DNA from: Amoebidium appalachense
Lineage: Eukaryota; Protista; Ichthyosporea
Direction: 5' to 3'
DNA: 64,000 nt
NCBI GenBank assembly: GCA_963693365.1
Contig: CAVNZM010000007.1
Location: forward strand, 310,001-374,000
Both the position numbers and the translations under genes were made by a program. The notes beneath the pieces were generated by a model. That model was not told the DNA's origin and made no database searches. It was given only the letters and a program-made list of their open reading frames with translations. The stretch's first letter is position 1. Each line of letters opens with the position of its first letter. Below, one piece after another: positions 57,789 to 64,000 of the stretch.

Positions 57789-60695
57789 ACTCACCAAGTT
57801 GACCTGTGCCAGTAACTCTGCACCCCTCCGCATCTGGTTCTTCATCTCCTCCGCATAGCCTGCAGCGTGCCCGTGTGAGTAGCAACGCGTGTAAGCGGGC
57901 ACGGGCGCGCGCACATGTGTGTGTGTGTGGGGGGGGGGGGGGAGTGGGGGGGGGGAGGGGGAGATCCATGGGTCTGTAAGAACATATGGTGACTATGTTC
58001 TGGTGTAAGGTGTACAATCACACAGAATGAGTGGCAGTGTGAAAGAACACCAGACATGGAAAAAGGGAGGGAGGGGCCGCTGAGGGGGGGGGGGGGGGGC
58101 AGTTGGTTGAGAAGGTGATGACATGGCCGCGCACATATAGAGATGCACACACAAAGACAAGCACACACGTCAGCATGCACATACACACTTGTACACAAAG
58201 AGGTTAAATATGCAATAGCCAGGGCCCCTCCACCCTATCCTACTTCCCACCCCCCCCCCCCCCCCCAAAAAAAAAAAAAAAAATCCATATCCAAACTACA
58301 CATCTCTATCTCTGTATGAACTGCAGAACGGCCACATTACCACACTGCCCTCCCCCCCCCCCCCCCCCCCCCCCCCCACCCCCCGTTTCACCTATTCTGC
58401 ACTCAGACAAAGGGCAGATTAGAAAGAACGAGCTTCAATCTTCATTGGTTGTCCTGTAGTCTCTTTAATTTACCCCCCCCCCCCCCCCCCCCCCCCCCCC
58501 TACAAACCTCCATGCCCATCCCTGAGTCTCTCGCCATAACTCTTTCCTACCCTCACTCAAAAATACCCTTTGACACACCAAACCACATCCACGTAAGTCA
58601 AGTCGCACAAGCACGATATTACACCAACATATCCCCCCCCCCCCCTTCCCCAACACCACGTCCTGCCACCAACCCATGCTTATCCCTCCACCCTCATTCC
58701 CATTCCCAGCCATATAATCCCCCTCTACCACCCCCCTCCCAACACCACCACCACCAGCACCACCACACACACACAAATACAAAACTCCCCCCTCCCCACC
58801 CCACTCCCCCCCACACACAGACCTTCCACCCTTCCCCAACACACACACCCTCTTCCCCAACCCCGTCCGCCCCCCCCCCCCCCTCCACCCCCCCCCCACC
58901 CCCACACACACATGCACGCACCTTCATCCACCTGTCCCCCCTCTCCACCTTCCATATATAGTCCCATTGCACGTGCCACCCTCTCCTGGTAGTAAGCCAG
59001 GCACGGTGCCACCAAGTCACGTGACACCCTCTCCTGTGCTGATAGCGCCATATCAAGCTGCATGCGACCCAACGCTGAAAGTTGATTGGCTGTGGCTGTG
59101 GCTAGTGACTCGACCTCATTGGATAGAGTGGTGTCGATGGGTTCATGCGGTGCTGTGTGGGGGTGGGGGGATAAAATGTTGGTGGTTTGGAATGTTGTGC
59201 TTGGTGGTGGAATGTATTAAAACCCATTTACTGCAAGGACACGACAGATGAATACTACGAAGGCCAAACAATAAACACAAAACAGTAAGAATGCTCCTTC
59301 GTCCAACCCCTCCCCATTTCCCCCTTCCCCTTCTCTCTCTATCTCTCCAGCGCCGCCCCCCCCCCCCCCCCCCCCCCCCCTCCCGTCCCTCTCTCTCCCT
59401 TCTCCTTTACCCTTCCCCCCTTTTATCTCTTCCCCCCCCCCCCCCTCTCTTCTTCTCTATCACTCTCTTTCTCGGTCCTCCCCCCCCCCCAGAGAGGAAC
59501 GTACCATGCTGGCGTGGGTCATAGTCGTAGTATGGAACACCGTGCACGGCAATGTTCTGCTTGAGAATCTCCGTGGCCTCCCCCACCACCTGTGTGTGTG
59601 TGTGTGTGTGTGTGTGCATGTTAGTATGTGTGTTTGTGTGTACAGAAGTGTTTTAGTGTGTGAGCGGGGGGAGAGAGGGTTGCGGGTGGAGCCGGTATTG
59701 GTGCATACGTTTGCTTGTGTGTATTTGTGTATATCGTTACTGTGTAAGCGGTTGGGTTGGTGTGCCGGTGTGCTATCCTCTTGTGTGTGTGAGGGTGTGT
59801 GCATTTGTGCATGTGTGCGCATCTATGTGCGTGTTTGTGTGTGTGTGCTTTTACGTATGTGTGTGCGCACGCAGAAGTGTGCGTGTGTGTGTTTATGTGC
59901 TTCTATTTGTGTGTGCAAGCGCACACGCAAGCCTGTGGGTGCTCGGGTGTGTCTCTGTGTGTGTGCTCTTGTATTGCTGTGTATGTTATGTGCACTCTTG
60001 CAAAGGCCTGCAGTGTGTGCTTGTGTTCTATCCGTGGTAGTGTTTGGAGAAAACGTCTGCCTATGTAGTAACAGTCTACCCTGTAAGCGGCTACCAAGCA
60101 AACTGCATACCCATCTGTTCAGAAGGATTCAGCCGTTTATTTCAACTACCCAACGAACTACCCTTCCCCCTCCTCACTCCCCTCCCAGGCCTGCACGCAC
60201 GCACGCACTCACTCACACGTGCACACACGCGCACACACGCCTACGTGTGCACGCCCTCACAAGCACCAATACCCTTTCTCCATCTTGCGTGCCTTTTCCC
60301 TCTCGTACACACCAACATCACGGACCTCACCTTTTCCAACTTTCCCGACACAAGCCCTACTCTCTTATCCACTGGGGCGAAGTAAGTGGCTGTCCTAAAC
60401 CTCTCCAGTCCCTCTCTCTCTTCCTACTAATCCACCAACATAAATCAAACCCTCCTTCCAAATTTTTCATACCCCGCCCCCCTCCCCCCTCCCCTCTCCG
60501 CCCCTTCATTCCTTTCCCCCTTCCCCACCTTTCTGCCCCCCCCCCCCCACCACCAACCTGAGCCAGGTACCCCTTCAAGCTCTCCTGTGTCTCTGCATCC
60601 ACCCCCTCCTGCTGGGCAGCATACTTTGTGGCCGCAGCAAGCAGCTGCTGCTCTATGCTGTCGGGTGCCTTGTCGCTCTGAAACTGCACCTTCAT
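56565..60695 (-). CDS. NSL1: Kinetochore Mis12-complex subunit Nsl1/Mis14-like protein, 223 aa
   Basis: Phase-consistent exons 60695-60558, 59589-59505, 59152-58949, 57859-57795, 56744-56565. [10 protein letters not shown] followed by [14 protein letters not shown] and coiled coil matches the Mis14 pattern (NxxING...EPFDxxLxxxVxxL), recognised from memory. Confidence 0.65.
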
Positions 60696-61561
60696 CTTTA
60701 TTTTTTTCGGTTTACCCAATGAAAAGCATTTGATGTGTGCTCTCTCTTTTGTCTCCCTCTCCCTAGGCTTTCTCACAGCTCAAAAACACCCTGATTCGCT
60801 TAAAGCGCAGCGAAAATAACCGCAAAAAAAGGCTTACTCTGTTTTATGGCATCAAGAGTGACAATTGTTAAGGGAAGTTATAGAAACGAAAACATATGTT
60901 GTGAAGGATGTTTCAACTTGCCATGTTTCAACTTGCCATGATGCTTGAAGACGAACGAACAAAATTTGCTGTTGTCCTGCAACGGCTGCGCGCGCCATTG
61001 CTTTTGAATCGAGCGCCTTCGATTGCGATAAGCATTTTGATTGGCCAGCACAGTCACACTTCAGTCTAATCGGATAGATCGAGAGATTGCAAATAATCTT
61101 CTATCCAAAGTATATCCCGTATAACATATCTCTCGAGTGGGCCAGTATCATGCCTGCCTCCCCCCCCCCCCCTCCCTCTCTCTCTCTCCTCCCCCCCCCC
61201 CCCCCCCCCCCCCAGATATATCATCTGATAGGACATGCACACACACCTATCACGGTGATGCCGTTAGATACCAGAATATAGTATCATGATATGCCTGCAA
61301 CAGAGCCTCGAAATGGCGCAAACCGAGTAATTCCCCTGCATACGGGTGCATATGCAGCAAATTGCCCAGTCAAGCGCTGATACGGCATCCTACGTATTCA
61401 AACCAGGCAGTACCGGTCTTTAAAGCTTTTAAATGTCACCAAGTCAGCTTGGCCTTCCTCCCGCACAAAACACAAACACAAAAAACCACAATCCTACAAA
61501 AACAATAGAGCAGCCACCACCCGTAGAAAGAAACGAGCCACACCACCTGCAAACCAACCCT

Positions 61562-61632
<71 letters not shown>

Positions 61633-62101
61633 ACCCACCCACCTACCCTCCTACCCACCTACACCCTGCCGGCGTGCCTCATATGCCGACACACCCCGGA
61701 AAGTAGAGTGCAACCCACACCACCTATACAGACAAATTGCAGCCACCAGCACACTACACGACATGAGATTCAGCATGCACCCCACCAACCCAAACACTAC
61801 AGCACCACCACATTACGTTAGACCCCTCTCACCCGACAGGGAAATATTCAAAACCGGACCCCCTTAGATTGGAATTATTGAAAATTAGCACAAGCCCCCC
61901 TTGCTTCATGTACATTTTTTACAGCCCCATCGTTCTCCCATGTTTGTTTGACGGGCTCATTCTAGAAAGTAGGTATATTGGTCTCTTGGGGCTGGTGACC
62001 ACCAAAAGGCAGCGATGCCGAGTGTATATGACACTGTGACCTGAATAAAAGGTTTCCGAATCAAAATACGCCGCCTTGCTGTACACAACCAATACCCCAA
62101 G

Positions 62102-62142
<41 letters not shown>

Positions 62143-62585
62143 CCCACGCGCACACACACACACACACGCACAAAAACATCCCCAAACCCCATTCATCCAC
62201 CTACCCACTCCGTCCCACCCCCCCCTTCCCCGGAGGTCCTTAGATTCATATGCCCTCACGCACATATCCGAGGTGAAATTTCACACGGATGCATGCAGAT
62301 ATCCCGTGAACCCGTGAAGGGGGGAAATGTTGTTTTCGTTCATTCTTTGTCTTTAGTTAAATTGCGTAGCGAAGGTTTCTGTTATGACCGCCAAGTCTGA
62401 CATACTGACATATTCCACCCGCGCATGCACATGTGCGCACACTAGGCGTAAGCTTTTTTCCACACTAGCTACCTTGATAAACTTCAAAGATTACGACAAT
62501 ATGCGGGCTTATATATTCACGGTAAGGATATGATGCATGTGGCCTAAGCATACATGTGCAGTCACGACCTTGATGCGTTGTGCAA

Positions 62586-62663
62586 AATTGGTCATATGGC
62601 GTATTACTAATGATTCTATAATTCAATTGGTCATGTGGCATATTACTAATGATTTTATAATTG
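62586..62663. repeat. 39-bp tandem duplication
   Basis: AATTGGTCATRTGGCRTATTACTAATGATTYTATAATT x2. Confidence 0.8.
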
Positions 62664-62919
62664 TGATTTCTTTTGTTTGGAGTGTTTCCATGCACATGTA
62701 GAGCTCGAGCCACCAATTGCTAAGACTTGAAGTCTGGAGCCTCCCCCCCCCCCCTTCCCCCGCCTTCCCCCCCCCCCCCTTCTGCATGCACATGCGCCAA
62801 TACGAGTGTGTATGCATGCACAGCCGGCATTTTGTATGAGTGTTTGTTCAATGGTGTGTGTGTGTGTGTGTGCGTGTGTGTGTGCGTGTGTGTGTGTGTG
62901 CACGGTTTTTTTTTTTTTT

Positions 62920-62950
<31 letters not shown>

Positions 62951-63157
62951 GAGGGGGGGGGAGGGAGAGGGGGGGAGGGGGGAGTGCGGGGAGCGGGGAG
63001 GGGGCAGGGGAGCAGGGAGGGGAGGGGGATCGAGAGAGAGAGGGAGAGGACTACACAACATTTAAATCTCCGTAGCGCTTACACGAATACATGTGGACTG
63101 CAAACACACACACGCCAGGAACTGGAAACGGCCGCCCCTTCCGGGGCGGGAAGGCAT

Positions 63158-63203
<46 letters not shown>

Positions 63204-64000
63204 CCGTGCAGAAGTATTCTATTATTCGATCTCCGTGCATAGCACACAATTGTGTGGTAGTGGTGGTTATCTTTTGCTTGGGGAGGTCGGGTGCACGTGT
63301 GTGCGTGGTGTGTGGGGTGGTGTGTGTACGTGGTTGGGCGGGTTCGGGGGGGGAGGGGGGAGGGGGGGGGGGGGGGGGGAATATCATTAATGTATAGGCA
63401 AGAAATCCAATGGTTTATATTGCGTCAAAAAAGGTAGCAACGTGTAACCCAGAGTTTGCTCAAAGGAACACTTACTGGGTCCAAACATCCAATTTGAAAC
63501 TTACTAATTTATTTTTTCACGAAATATTATATTTTATCGGCCTACTGCATTTTCTTCTAAAAATGTGCATGATATTTAGCACCTCATTCCGAATTTTCAA
63601 ATCAAAATATCCCGGTAGCAAGACTCCAAATTGCAAACCACCAAAGTATTACAGCTCTTGCTCTCAATGGCCTGCTCCCAGAGGCTAGGATGGCCTAAAT
63701 ACCTATTGGCATTGTTTAAAAACATCAATATCAAAGCTAAACGTCCACATGACGTTGCTTCGCTGTTCTGCTAATTTGCTGTACAAAAATACCTCAGCTG
63801 ATCAGGCAGAACAATCATACAGCAGCAAACGCACTAACTCAAACAAAGAACGGGAAAGATCGGAAAGAGTGTCAAGTCGAATTTTGGCAACGGAAAAAAA
63901 CGGGAAAAAAAAAAGAAAAAGAAAAGAAGAAAAAAACACACCAAGGAAACTTTGAAGAAAAACGAGTGTTTGTGTGTAAGTGAGAGAGGGGGAGAGGTTA

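Noticed and set aside
63749-63955. 68-aa ORF at the window end
   Set aside because: No recognisable motif and an A-rich tail; probably UTR or promoter of a gene beyond the window.

Overview
Eukaryotic, intron-rich genomic DNA. It is probably from a unicellular opisthokont-like organism, which is an inference from gene content only. GT-AG introns are swollen by poly-C/poly-G, (CA)n/(GT)n and (CT)n/(GA)n tracts, so almost all of the supplied ORF track is microsatellite noise. I reconstructed genes by hand from phase-consistent splice sites: a multi-exon PWWP/Tudor-like chromatin protein (+, 1894-18349, with a ~7.3 kb minisatellite in one intron), a pepsin/BACE-like aspartic protease (+), an SLC35B1-type UDP-galactose transporter (-), a LigB/DODA extradiol dioxygenase (-), a small single-pass membrane protein (+), an otubain deubiquitinase (+) and an Nsl1/Mis14-like kinetochore protein (-). 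Mobile DNA comprises a decayed LINE-like ORF1, a non-autonomous hAT element with 15-bp TIRs and an 8-bp TSD, a small fold-back element, a structured dispersed repeat and a possible Penelope-like relic. The most unusual theme is intron architecture. Many acceptors sit directly on (CA)n tracts, often mirrored by G/GT tracts at the donor, and three intronic minisatellites carry splice-signal motifs (5' donor, branch point plus acceptor, branch point). Homopolymer frameshifts suggest long-read assembly errors, so fine detail in low-complexity tracts is uncertain.
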